This document shows positions 8,711 to 17,111 of a stretch of DNA of 32,000 nucleotides, one piece after another. Each line of letters starts with the position of its first letter. Position 1 is the first letter of the stretch. Source of the stretch: Pseudomonas aeruginosa (GTDB lineage: Bacteria; Pseudomonadota; Gammaproteobacteria; Pseudomonadales; Pseudomonadaceae); NCBI RefSeq assembly GCF_001457615.1, contig NZ_LN831024.1, positions 4,740,001-4,772,000 of the forward strand, read 5' to 3'. Both the position numbers and the translations under genes were made by a program. A model generated the notes under the pieces. That model was not told the origin of the DNA. It searched no databases and worked only from the letters and a program-made list of their open reading frames with translations.

Positions 8711-8944
8711 ATGAGCGGCCACATTTCAATCACCGTCGAAGTCGACCAGAACCAGGCTGAGAAGTACCTGCTCTGGCTGGTCAGCCAGTACGAAGCCGCC
8801 ATGGCCGAGTGCTGGTACGACGATCGCTACCGCTATACGCCGCAGGGGCTGCGCGGCAAGCGCATCCTCGAGGACCGCCCACACATTGCTGGCATCTGCC
8901 GGACGATCCGCGAACTGCGCAAGCAGATTCGGGGGCGCGCATGA
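8711..8944 (+). CDS. Hypothetical phage protein
   Basis: 77 aa ORF overlapping the start of the replication gene. Confidence 0.6.
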   Translation: MSGHISITVEVDQNQAEKYLLWLVSQYEAAMAECWYDDRYRYTPQGLRGKRILEDRPHIAGICRTIRELRKQIRGRA

Positions 8945-11661
8945 AGGAAATGGACCGCGAACTCAAGGCCGACGTGCTGCGCCGCCTGCAGGATCAGTAC
9001 GGACTGACGCCGATCAAGGGCACAAAGTACATGCGCAAGGGCGAGTGCCCGACGTGCGGCAAAAAGGAGCTCTACACCCTGGTCGACAGCCCCTGGTTCA
9101 TCCGCTGCGGGCGCGGCAAGTGCGGCGACACCTGGCACATCAAGGAAATCTACCCGGAGCTCTTCGACGACTGGAGCAAGCGAGCGCCGGCCACCGACAA
9201 GGAACCCGCCGCCTCGGCCCGGGCGTACCTGGCCCATGCCCGCGGCTTCGACCTGGCGCTGATCGATGGCTGGTACAGCCAGGAAAACTACTGGGACCGC
9301 GACCTTGAGATCGGTAGCGCGACAGTACGCTTCCCGCTGAAGAAAGGCGGCTACTGGGAACGCCTAATCGATCGCCCGAGCCGCTTCGGCAAGAAGAAGG
9401 CCCGCTTCAAGCCGGGCGACAGCCCGCGCGGCGTCTGGTGGTGCCCACCCAGCGTCGACCTGCAGGAGGTGAAGGAGCTGTGGATCGTCGAAGGTATCTT
9501 CGACGCCATCGCACTGCTGCACCACGGCATCGACGCCGTGTCGGCCATGAGCTCCAACGCCTTCCCCGAGCAGTCTTTGCGCGAACTCGCGACAGCCCGT
9601 AGCGGCAAGCTGCCGAAACTGATCTGGGCGCTGGACAACGAACCCGGCGCCCACAGGTACACCCGGCGGTGGGTGACCGAGGCACGTGCCCTGGGCTACG
9701 TCTGCGAAGCGGCCCAACTACCGCAGCGCAACAACCGCAAATTCGACTGGAACGACCTGCACCAGCGCTGGATGTTCATCGATGACGCGGCCGAGCGCGC
9801 CGCGCAGATCGAGAAGGACCTCAAGACCGCGCGCCATGAGGGCGCGCTGCTGATCGCCGAGAGTCCTGCCGAGAAAGCGCTGCTGATGTACGACTGGAAC
9901 AGCCGCGGCGAATTCCACTTTCGGTTCGGCAACAGATTGTTCTGGTTCAAGCTGGACCTCGAGAAGTTCGACCGGGCCATGCGCGCGTTCGAAAACAGCG
10001 ACGACCACGAAGATAAGTTGCTGAACGACAGACAGAAGCGCGACAAGGCGCTGCAGCAGTCCGGCAATGTGGTTGAAATCGCAAACTGCTTCCCCCAGGC
10101 CCTGTACTTCCAGCGCAACGAGGTCACAGACGAGAGCTGGTACTACTTCCGCATCGATCGCCCCGACGACGAGAGCGTGAAGAACACCTTCACCAGCGCC
10201 CAAGTCGCGGCGGCCAGCGAGTTCAAGAAGCGCCTGCTCGGCGTGGCAGCGGGGGCGATCTTCACCGGCAGCGGCGCGCAGCTCGACCAGATCATGAAGC
10301 TGCAACTCACCGGCCTGAAGACGGTGGCCACCATCGATTACCTGGGCTACAGCCGGGAGCATGCCTGCTACGTCCTGGGCGACGTGGCGGTGCGCGGCGG
10401 CGTGATCGAGAAGGCCAACGCCGAAGACTTCTTCGAATTCCAAAAGCTGCGCCTGAAGACCCTGCAGCGTTCGATCAAGCTGCAGATCGCCACCGACGCC
10501 AAGGACTACCGCCCCGAGTGGCTGGACTGGCTGTGGACCTGCTTCGGCGCCAAGGGCCTGGTGGCGCTGGCATTCTGGTTCGGCTCGCTGTTCGCAGAGC
10601 AGATCCGCGCCGAGTTCCAGTCCTTTCCGTTCCTCGAGGCCACCGGCGAGGCCGGTGCCGGCAAGTCCACGCTGATCACCTTCCTATGGAAGCTGCTCGG
10701 CCGGGCGGACGAGGAAGGCCAGGACCCGTCGAAGATGACCAAGGCGGGCCTGCGCCGCTGGCTGACCCAGCTGTCGAACATGCCCATGGTCATGCTCGAG
10801 GCCGACCGCAGCGACAACAGCCGCGCCGGCGGCGCCGCCAAGTCATTCGACTGGGACGAGTTCAAGCCGCTGTTCAACGGCCGCGCGCTGGGCGTGACCG
10901 GCCAGAAGACCGCCGGCAACGAGACCTACGAGCCACCCTTCCGCGGCACCCTGGTGATGAGCCAGAACGCCACGGTGCAGGCCTCCGAAGCGATCATGAC
11001 CCGTATCGTGAAGCTGCACTTCATTCGCCCGGAGATCACCCGCGAGAGCCAGGCCGCGGCCGACAACCTCAACCACCTGGACGTGCTCGAGGTCAGCCAC
11101 TTCCTGCTGATGGCCATCCGCGCGGAGGCCCGCGTGCTGGAGTGCTTCCGCGAGCGGCTGAAGGTTCACAGCGCGACGCTGCGCGGTCTGAAGCAGATTC
11201 GTATCGAGCGGCTGATACTCAACCACGCGCAGATGATGGCCCTGGTCGACGCGCTGCGCCTGGTGGTGCCGCTGTCCGAGCACCAGCTCGCCTGCGCTCA
11301 GCAGACCCTGATGACGATGGCCCTGGAGCGCCAGGACGCCGTCAACGCCGACGCGCCCGAGGTGGCCGAGTTCTGGGAGGTCTACGACTACCTCGAAAAC
11401 CTCAGCGAAGAGCCGGTGCTCAACCACAGCAAGAACCCCGGAACCATCGCCATCAACCTTAATGAGTTCGTGAAGCTGGCCGCCGACCACCGCCAGAAGG
11501 TGGCCGACGCGGCAACCCTGCGCGACCTGCTGAAAGAGTCCCGCCGGCACAAATTCATCGAATACAAGGCCGTCGACAGCGCAGTGCGCGCGGCACACGC
11601 CCGCCAGAACCCTTTCACCAACCGACCCAGCACCGTCAAGTGCTGGATTTTCCAAGCCTAA
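8941..11661 (+). CDS. Large phage replication protein: zinc-binding + Toprim primase + P-loop ATPase
   Basis: 906 aa from ATG 8941; CPTCGKKELYTLV...CGRGKCGDTW zinc site, WIVEGIFDAIALLHHG...WALDNE Toprim, EATGEAGAGKSTLITFLWKLLG Walker A. Confidence 0.87.
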   Translation: MKEMDRELKADVLRRLQDQYGLTPIKGTKYMRKGECPTCGKKELYTLVDSPWFIRCGRGKCGDTWHIKEIYPELFDDWSKRAPATDKEPAASARAYLAHARGFDLALIDGWYSQENYWDRDLEIGSATVRFPLKKGGYWERLIDRPSRFGKKKARFKPGDSPRGVWWCPPSVDLQEVKELWIVEGIFDAIALLHHGIDAVSAMSSNAFPEQSLRELATARSGKLPKLIWALDNEPGAHRYTRRWVTEARALGYVCEAAQLPQRNNRKFDWNDLHQRWMFIDDAAERAAQIEKDLKTARHEGALLIAESPAEKALLMYDWNSRGEFHFRFGNRLFWFKLDLEKFDRAMRAFENSDDHEDKLLNDRQKRDKALQQSGNVVEIANCFPQALYFQRNEVTDESWYYFRIDRPDDESVKNTFTSAQVAAASEFKKRLLGVAAGAIFTGSGAQLDQIMKLQLTGLKTVATIDYLGYSREHACYVLGDVAVRGGVIEKANAEDFFEFQKLRLKTLQRSIKLQIATDAKDYRPEWLDWLWTCFGAKGLVALAFWFGSLFAEQIRAEFQSFPFLEATGEAGAGKSTLITFLWKLLGRADEEGQDPSKMTKAGLRRWLTQLSNMPMVMLEADRSDNSRAGGAAKSFDWDEFKPLFNGRALGVTGQKTAGNETYEPPFRGTLVMSQNATVQASEAIMTRIVKLHFIRPEITRESQAAADNLNHLDVLEVSHFLLMAIRAEARVLECFRERLKVHSATLRGLKQIRIERLILNHAQMMALVDALRLVVPLSEHQLACAQQTLMTMALERQDAVNADAPEVAEFWEVYDYLENLSEEPVLNHSKNPGTIAINLNEFVKLAADHRQKVADAATLRDLLKESRRHKFIEYKAVDSAVRAAHARQNPFTNRPSTVKCWIFQA

Positions 11662-11705
11662 CCGGCGCGGCAACGCCGGAACTGCAACCCCAAAGGAGAG
11701 ACACC

Positions 11706-12059
11706 ATGCAACCCCTCCCCCACGACTATCTGCAGTTGATCCACGACTTCCAGGCCAGGCAGCAGGAGAACGAGGTAGCCGGCATCACAGCGTTGAAACG
11801 CCTGCTCCCGATCGCACAGCGCGACAGCGGCCAGAGCGGCGTGATCGGTCGGTTCCTGCTCGGCCTGTACAACGGCCAAGCCCACCGCTTCGACCTCACC
11901 GAGCTACGCCGCCTCGACCCAGCTCTGTTCGATGCGTGCCTGTCCGTGCTGCGTATGGACTACGCCCCGAAACAGGAAGTGCATGAGTACTTCGAGGACG
12001 GCGACGCGATCTGGCAGGACCTGCGCAAACGCTGGGCCGCAGCATCGCTGCCGGCATAG
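11706..12059 (+). CDS. Conserved hypothetical phage protein
   Basis: 117 aa, strong RBS (AAAGGAGAG) upstream. Confidence 0.65.
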   Translation: MQPLPHDYLQLIHDFQARQQENEVAGITALKRLLPIAQRDSGQSGVIGRFLLGLYNGQAHRFDLTELRRLDPALFDACLSVLRMDYAPKQEVHEYFEDGDAIWQDLRKRWAAASLPA

Positions 12060-12070
12060 GGGGACTGACT

Positions 12071-12277
12071 GTGGATGTGATCGACCAGGCCAACGAACGG
12101 GCCGAGAACATGATCCAGGCCGCCCTGGCCCAGCGGACGAACACCCGCCTGGCGCCCAGCGCCCTCTGGTGCGAGGACTGCGGCGAGCAGATACCCGAGG
12201 CCCGCCGCCAGGCCGCCCCAGGCTGCGAGTGCTGCATCAGCTGTCAGGAACTGCGCGAGCACCCCGCGCGGCGCTGA
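12071..12277 (+). CDS. TraR/DksA-type zinc-finger protein
   Basis: VDVIDQANERAENMIQAALAQRTN...LWCEDCGEQIPEARRQAAPGCECCISCQE. Confidence 0.85.
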   Translation: MDVIDQANERAENMIQAALAQRTNTRLAPSALWCEDCGEQIPEARRQAAPGCECCISCQELREHPARR

Positions 12278-12336
12278 AGAAGAGGCGCCAGGGAGCGGCA
12301 ACTCCCTGGCGCCGACCACCCCAAAGGAGAGACACC

Positions 12337-12777
12337 ATGCAAGCGAATCAGCCTCAAGGCGGCAGCGCCAAGGCTAGCACACCACGCTATGACACCATCG
12401 TCATCCGCGGCGCCACCGGCAAAGACGTCCCGAGGGAAGTAGACGGCGGAGAGGTGGTCAGCTGGGCACGCGGCCATGAACTGGCAGCCGGCGACGCCCT
12501 GCTGGAGTTCGTCAACTACGTGGCCGATGGTGATTGCGGCATCACCCCGGAGCTGAGCACCAAGGCGCGTAAGGCGCTGGATCTGATGGAGCGTCGCAGC
12601 AGGTTGGGCTGGGAGGCGGACGAACAGCCAGAAGATTGGCCGGCGTCGGTTAACCGTGCAGCACAAACGGCCCGCGAAGTGTTCAACGGCTCCCACGAAG
12701 ACGCCATCCAGGCGATTGAGTACATGCATGCCCTGCTGCTGCAGGCTGCCCCTGTCGTGCAAGGCGGTGACGTATGA
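12337..12777 (+). CDS. Hypothetical phage protein
   Basis: 146 aa, same RBS module as the 11706 gene. Confidence 0.6.
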   Translation: MQANQPQGGSAKASTPRYDTIVIRGATGKDVPREVDGGEVVSWARGHELAAGDALLEFVNYVADGDCGITPELSTKARKALDLMERRSRLGWEADEQPEDWPASVNRAAQTAREVFNGSHEDAIQAIEYMHALLLQAAPVVQGGDV

Positions 12778-12950
12778 AGCCCTGCACCCTTGGCAAGCGC
12801 CACAGCTGGACATTCGTCCGCAACGTCGTCACCAGCCACCTGAGCGGCCGTTTCGGCCGCATCACCAAGCGCGGGTTCTACCGCTGCGAATGCGGCGCCG
12901 AGAAGTACGGCAACGCCGGCGACCTGTCCGGGGGTAGCACCCATGCTTAA
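12774..12950 (+). CDS. Small zinc-ribbon-like protein (58 aa)
   Basis: MKPCTLGKRHSWTFVRNVVTSHLSGRFGRITKRGFYRCECGAEKYG..., overlaps neighbour by 4 bp; not in the track because of size. Confidence 0.5.
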   Translation: MKPCTLGKRHSWTFVRNVVTSHLSGRFGRITKRGFYRCECGAEKYGNAGDLSGGSTHA

Positions 12951-13041
12951 GCGCACCCTCTACCACTTCCACTTCTGCTGCGGCCTGGGCGGCGGCGTGG
13001 CGGTGGCGCTGAGCGTTTCACAACCCGCTGAAAGTCGCTGA
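12943..13041 (+). pseudogene. Possible N-terminal remnant of a phage cytosine-C5 methyltransferase
   Basis: MLKRTLYHFHFCCGLGGGVAVALSVSQPAESR*: FxCGLGGG resembles the first SAM-binding motif, then the frame ends after 32 codons. Confidence 0.35.
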
Positions 13042-13051
13042 GGTGAACGGC

Positions 13052-13228
13052 ATGCACGAATTACTGAAGATGCTGGACAACCCGCGCAGCTTGCTGAACT
13101 TCTCGCTGGCGATTCTGGCTGTCCTGGCTTTGTTCTTCATGTTGAAGAGCGGCGCGCAAGCTGCTTCGCAGCCGGCCTCCTCCTTCTCCGCTCCCAAGGA
13201 AGCAGACTCAAGGGGGAAACGTCCATGA
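13052..13228 (+). CDS. Small single-TM phage protein
   Basis: MHELLKMLDNPRSLLNFSLAILAVLALFFMLKSG... Confidence 0.5.
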   Translation: MHELLKMLDNPRSLLNFSLAILAVLALFFMLKSGAQAASQPASSFSAPKEADSRGKRP

Positions 13229-13851
13229 GCGACCTTTTCTACCTGCAGGACAGCCGCAGCAACGTCGGGAGCCGAGCAACGTTCTGGCGCGCCGGCGGCG
13301 GCTACACCACGAACCTCGACGACGCCGAGACGTTCGCCCGCGAACGCGCCGTAAAGCAGTACGAAAACCGCGACAGCGATCTGCCCTGGCCCGTGGACTA
13401 TGTCCGCGCCCGGGCAGAGGTCGGGGTCGACTGCCAGTACCTCACCAAGTCAGAAGCCGAGGCCTACCGCAACGAGGACGGCCGCATGTATGTGGCGTAC
13501 GCACGCGAGTGGGACGGAAACGACCTGGTATGGCGCGGCGCCCAAGGCCCAACCGCCAACCTGGACGACGCCATCCACCCGGGGGCGGCTGATGCCGCTG
13601 TGTTCCTGGCCCAGGGCTTCGAGCTGTGGCCATGCGGCTACATCGCGGAGCACTCCCGCCTGGTAGTCCGCGCCATGCTGCTCGACCACAAGCAGGCGCT
13701 GCGCTCGGTCGGCCTCAAGCTGCCCAAGCTCCAGCGCCCGCGCTATCGCAGCTACAGCAACCTGCTCAACTGCGAAGGCTGCGGCCGTTTTCTCAACGAG
13801 CGCCAGCGCTTCGACGACTGCCCCAACTGTGGGACAAGGAATGCGCCATGA
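13225..13851 (+). CDS. Hypothetical phage protein with C-terminal zinc ribbon
   Basis: 208 aa ending LLNCEGCGRFLNERQRFDDCPNCGTRNAP. Confidence 0.65.
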   Translation: MSDLFYLQDSRSNVGSRATFWRAGGGYTTNLDDAETFARERAVKQYENRDSDLPWPVDYVRARAEVGVDCQYLTKSEAEAYRNEDGRMYVAYAREWDGNDLVWRGAQGPTANLDDAIHPGAADAAVFLAQGFELWPCGYIAEHSRLVVRAMLLDHKQALRSVGLKLPKLQRPRYRSYSNLLNCEGCGRFLNERQRFDDCPNCGTRNAP

Positions 13852-14705
13852 CCGCCTATCGCCCACTACTTCGTTATCACGGCGGCAAGTGGAAACTAGC
13901 CCCGTGGATCATCAGCCACATGGCCGAGCACAAGACATACGTCGAGCCATTCGGTGGCGGTGGATCCGTCCTGATTCGCAAGCCCCGCGCCTACGCCGAG
14001 GTCTACAACGACTTGGACGGGGACGTGGTGAACCTGTTCCGTGTCGCGCGCGACCGCGGCGAGGAGCTGCGCCAGGCCCTGGCACTTACTCCGTTCGCTC
14101 GAGGCGAGTTCGACATCAGCTACGACGAAACAGCAGACACGCTGGAGCGCGCACGCCGGATGATCGTGCGCTCATTTCAAGGGTTCGGTAGCGCAGCGGC
14201 GAGCGGCGAACGCACGGGGTTTCGCTCATCGTCCTCCCGTTCGGGAACATCCCCGGCGATGGACTGGCGCAACTACCCGGACGCACTGTCCGCGATCATT
14301 GACCGCCTCCAGGGCGTAGTGATCGAGAATCGCGACGCTATGGAAGTGATGGCACACCACGACCGGCCGACCACTCTGCACTATGTCGATCCGCCCTACG
14401 TGCATTCAACTCGCAGCCCCAAGGTCCGGCACAACGACACCGGGAAGAGCTATCGCTACGAGCTCAGCGACGAGCAGCACCGGGACCTTGCGGTCGCACT
14501 GCATCGGTTGGATGGCATGGTCATTGTCTCTGGCTATCCATGCCCCCTATATGACGATCTGTTCCAGGACTGGCACTGCATCGAGCGCGCAGCGCATGCC
14601 GACGGTGCACGCCAGCGCGTCGAGTGTTTATGGCTCAACCCTAGCGCTTACCAGGGACTGGCTCAGTTCGACATTTTCAAGGAGGGCAACGCATGCGCAT
14701 GCTGA
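13848..14705 (+). CDS. Phage DNA adenine methyltransferase (D12 class)
   Basis: LLRYHGGKWKLAPWI...YVEPFGGGGSVLIRK...YNDLDGDVVNLFRV...LHYVDPPYV: FxGGGS and DPPY motifs. Confidence 0.92.
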   Translation: MTAYRPLLRYHGGKWKLAPWIISHMAEHKTYVEPFGGGGSVLIRKPRAYAEVYNDLDGDVVNLFRVARDRGEELRQALALTPFARGEFDISYDETADTLERARRMIVRSFQGFGSAAASGERTGFRSSSSRSGTSPAMDWRNYPDALSAIIDRLQGVVIENRDAMEVMAHHDRPTTLHYVDPPYVHSTRSPKVRHNDTGKSYRYELSDEQHRDLAVALHRLDGMVIVSGYPCPLYDDLFQDWHCIERAAHADGARQRVECLWLNPSAYQGLAQFDIFKEGNACAC

Positions 14706-14935
14706 TACTCCAAAGTGGCCGCCGCTGCGGCCGCTCGAAAAGCCTGCAGCCATTGCTTCAGTACGCCCTGGCCAACGGTTGGAGGGTTGGACTGACCAAC
14801 GGCGGGCATCTGCGCTTCACCAAGGCAGAGCGGCCAGTTATCCACACCAGCAGCACGCCGAGCGATTGGCGCGCAGTCCGCAACGCGGTGGCAATGCTGG
14901 CCAGGGCCGATCGCAAGGAGGTGATCCTTGTCTGA
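14693..14935 (+). CDS. HicA-fold-like small protein
   Basis: LLQYALANGWRVGLTNGGHLRFTKAERPVIHTSSTPSDWRAVRNAVAMLARADR has the G-W-x...GGHL/x-F...T..TPSD pattern; no obvious HicB next to it. Confidence 0.55.
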   Translation: MRMLILQSGRRCGRSKSLQPLLQYALANGWRVGLTNGGHLRFTKAERPVIHTSSTPSDWRAVRNAVAMLARADRKEVILV

Positions 14936-15131
14936 TCAGGCCAACCGCCAGCACATGCTGGCATGTGAGGCCCGGTACTGGCTCCGGCGTGGCATCACCA
15001 CGCCGGAGAAAGTCGCCGAGCTGAGCGAAACCCTCAAGCGGCGGGGGGAAAGCGCCGTCGAGCAGTTGATAGCGGAAATGCGCCGTCAGTGGCTGGCACG
15101 GACAGAGTGGATAGGTGGTGAAGATGGCTGA
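14928..15131 (+). CDS. Hypothetical phage protein
   Basis: 67 aa ORF in a tightly packed operon. Confidence 0.5.
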   Translation: MSDQANRQHMLACEARYWLRRGITTPEKVAELSETLKRRGESAVEQLIAEMRRQWLARTEWIGGEDG

Positions 15132-15327
15132 ACTGGACAGATTCATGCGGGAAGCCGAGGTACTGGAAGCCACCAGCCTGGCGCGCTCGACACTCTGGCG
15201 GGAGGTGAAGGCCAAGCGCTTCCCCAGTCCGGTACAGATCACACCTGGGCGAGTAGGCTGGAGACAATCCGATATCAACCGCTGGCTGGAAAACCCGATG
15301 GGATGGACGCCAACAAGGGCCGCGTGA
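15124..15327 (+). CDS. AlpA-family regulator / excisionase-like protein
   Basis: LEATSLARSTLWREVKAKRFPSPVQITPGRVGWRQSDINRWLENPM. Confidence 0.85.
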   Translation: MAELDRFMREAEVLEATSLARSTLWREVKAKRFPSPVQITPGRVGWRQSDINRWLENPMGWTPTRAA

Positions 15328-15333
15328 GCGGCC

Positions 15334-16587
15334 CTACTTCTTGGTGTCGATAACGTTCTTTTCGAGCCAGGCGGCCCAGCGATCGAGCCCGCGCTTCTTC
15401 TCTTGGAAGTAGTCGTAGCGGTCGTAGTGCTTGGATGACACATCGTTGAAGGCGTGGCCCTGGATTCTGTCCCGCAGCTCCTTGGTGAGCCCGGCTTTCG
15501 CCATCAGCGTCTTGCAGGTCCGACGGATGTCCCGAAGTGTGAACGGGCCGTTGAACGACTTGTGATGCCGGCCGTATAGCTTCGTCACCGCCCTGGACAG
15601 AGACTGGGGGTTCAGTGATTTCCCCTCCTCCTTGCCCTGGAACGGATACGCGCTCTTCTCGCTGATGCAGTCCATTTCCTTCAGGCTCGCCCGCATCAGC
15701 TTGTTGTAGGGCACCACATGCATCGCCCGCTCACCTTCACCGCCCTTCCCGTTGCGGATCATCACATGGTCCCGCTGATACATCGTCCGATCAGACCGGA
15801 GCAGTTGCTCCGGTCGTTGACCACCGCTGGCGATCAAGAACTTGAGCAACTCGGAAGTCGTGAGGGACAGCTTCTCCGGCAGCAGATGCCAGAGCGCTTG
15901 CAACTCCTTCTCCGTGAGTGCCCGATCCCCGGGCTGCTCCCAGTCTTCCTGTACAGGGATGCTAGCCACCGGGTTGCTGGTCAGGCCGAAGCGATTTTCC
16001 TGCTCCAGATAGGTGCGGGGGTTGTAGTCCTGCTGCAGGGCACTCTGGAACGCCGAATGAAGGCGAGAGCGCACCCGGTTCGTCATTGTCGTGACGCCGC
16101 CGGCAATCATCTTGGCCAGGATGTCACGGATATCGGCCGGCCCGATCAACACCGCCGGGCGCTCCACCAGGGTTGGGAACGGCTCGGAAACGTAGTGTTT
16201 GAAGGACCACTCGACGTGCTCGGCACTCGCCGCCCCTTCCTGCTTCAGCTTGGCGACATAGGCGGCCATCAACTCCTTGAAGGTGCCAGCCTCAACCTGT
16301 ATCTCCTTCTCCTCGCGGCACCGGTCCCGCGCTTCCGTGAGCGCCATCGTCGGCCAGGTGCCCAGCTTGGTCTTCAGCTTCCGCCCGTTCTTCCGGCGCT
16401 GGAAGTAGAACTCCTTCGTACCATTGGGCCGCACCCGAAGCATCAAGACACCCTCGCCCCGCGCGCTGCGCCCGTCGCTGACGGTGTATTCCTTCTCGGC
16501 TGGCTTGAGTGCGCGGATCTGTCTCTCGGTGAGCACGGGGCTGTCCTTAATTAGGGGCCCTTTCTGGGGGCCGTTTGCACGGAGCAA
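15334..16587 (-). CDS. Tyrosine site-specific integrase with DUF4102-type N-terminus (first prophage)
   Basis: LTERQIRALKPAEKEYTVSDGRSARGEGVLMLRVRPNGTKEFYFQRRKNGRK...GGQRPEQLLR...LRDIRRTCKTL...GHAFNDVSSKHYDRYDY; its 5' end lies ~140 bp from the att core. Confidence 0.93.
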   Translation of the reverse strand: MLRANGPQKGPLIKDSPVLTERQIRALKPAEKEYTVSDGRSARGEGVLMLRVRPNGTKEFYFQRRKNGRKLKTKLGTWPTMALTEARDRCREEKEIQVEAGTFKELMAAYVAKLKQEGAASAEHVEWSFKHYVSEPFPTLVERPAVLIGPADIRDILAKMIAGGVTTMTNRVRSRLHSAFQSALQQDYNPRTYLEQENRFGLTSNPVASIPVQEDWEQPGDRALTEKELQALWHLLPEKLSLTTSELLKFLIASGGQRPEQLLRSDRTMYQRDHVMIRNGKGGEGERAMHVVPYNKLMRASLKEMDCISEKSAYPFQGKEEGKSLNPQSLSRAVTKLYGRHHKSFNGPFTLRDIRRTCKTLMAKAGLTKELRDRIQGHAFNDVSSKHYDRYDYFQEKKRGLDRWAAWLEKNVIDTKK

Positions 16588-16724
16588 GGTGGTTCTTCCT
16601 GGGACAACCTAGGACGAACCACCTACCCAGAGGCCCCGGGATAGAAGGCCTCGACGCACAATTGTGCATGAACTCAGACAGCCGTGGACAGTGCGCCTCA
16701 ATGCTTCCCAAGCTCATGACGAGG

Positions 16725-16750
16725 GTTCGATTCCCTTCGCCCGCTCCAGA
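16725..16750. repeat. Attachment-site core (shared junction of prophage 1 and the Pf prophage)
   Basis: GTTCGATTCCCTTCGCCCGCTCCAGA, identical to 26479-26504; resembles the T-arm/acceptor 3' end of a tRNA-Gly gene. Confidence 0.93.
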
Positions 16751-16805
16751 CTCCATAGCTAAGCCCCTGAAAACATTGCGTTTTTGGGGGTTTTGCTTTT
16801 TAGGA

Positions 16806-16833
16806 GTCGAAAACGTGTCGAAAAAATGTCGAA
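16806..16833. repeat. GTCGAAA iterons near the left att
   Basis: GTCGAAA starts at 16806, 16817, 16828 (11-bp spacing); TGTCGAAAAAATGTCGAA (16816-16833) recurs at 26366-26383. Confidence 0.75.
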
Positions 16834-16871
16834 ACATATTTGCTAGCGCCCCCGAAGCAAAACAAGGATTG

Positions 16872-17111
16872 ATGCATATGAATGATCGTTACGAGGTCAA
16901 AGAAAAACGTTCAGCATCTACGGTGCAAGGCAAGACATTAGGACAACCAAAGCCAAGAGGTAACCCATCTTGCACTGGCGTACCCCAGTGGGTTGTTTAT
17001 GACACCTTCACGAAAGAAAGCGGGGAGCCATTCAGCAACCGACAAGACGCGTATACAGCATGTGATCAGCTAAATAGAAAACACGCTAGAAAAATGCGAG
17101 AAGAGGGTTAA
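16872..17111 (+). CDS. Small hypothetical Pf-edge protein
   Basis: 79 aa MHMNDRYEVKEKRSASTVQGKTLGQPKPRGNPSCTGVPQWVVYDTFTKESGEPFSNRQDAYTACDQLNRKHARKMREEG; AAGGA upstream; convergent with the integrase. Confidence 0.5.
   Translation: MHMNDRYEVKEKRSASTVQGKTLGQPKPRGNPSCTGVPQWVVYDTFTKESGEPFSNRQDAYTACDQLNRKHARKMREEG

Noticed and set aside
9718-10443. 241-aa minus ORF and the 10843-11673 minus ORF inside the replication gene
   Set aside because: Shadow ORFs opposite a 906-aa gene with clear zinc, Toprim and Walker motifs.
15334-16587. Integrase suspected inactive because a canonical HxLR histidine is absent (LRDIRRT)
   Set aside because: From memory, an RDIRRT variant is common in DUF4102-type integrases, so this is not evidence of inactivation.
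16672-16747. Possible functional tRNA-Gly gene
   Set aside because: Only the 3' half resembles a tRNA; no 5' acceptor strand (GCGGGCG) or D-arm precedes it, so it is treated as an att remnant.
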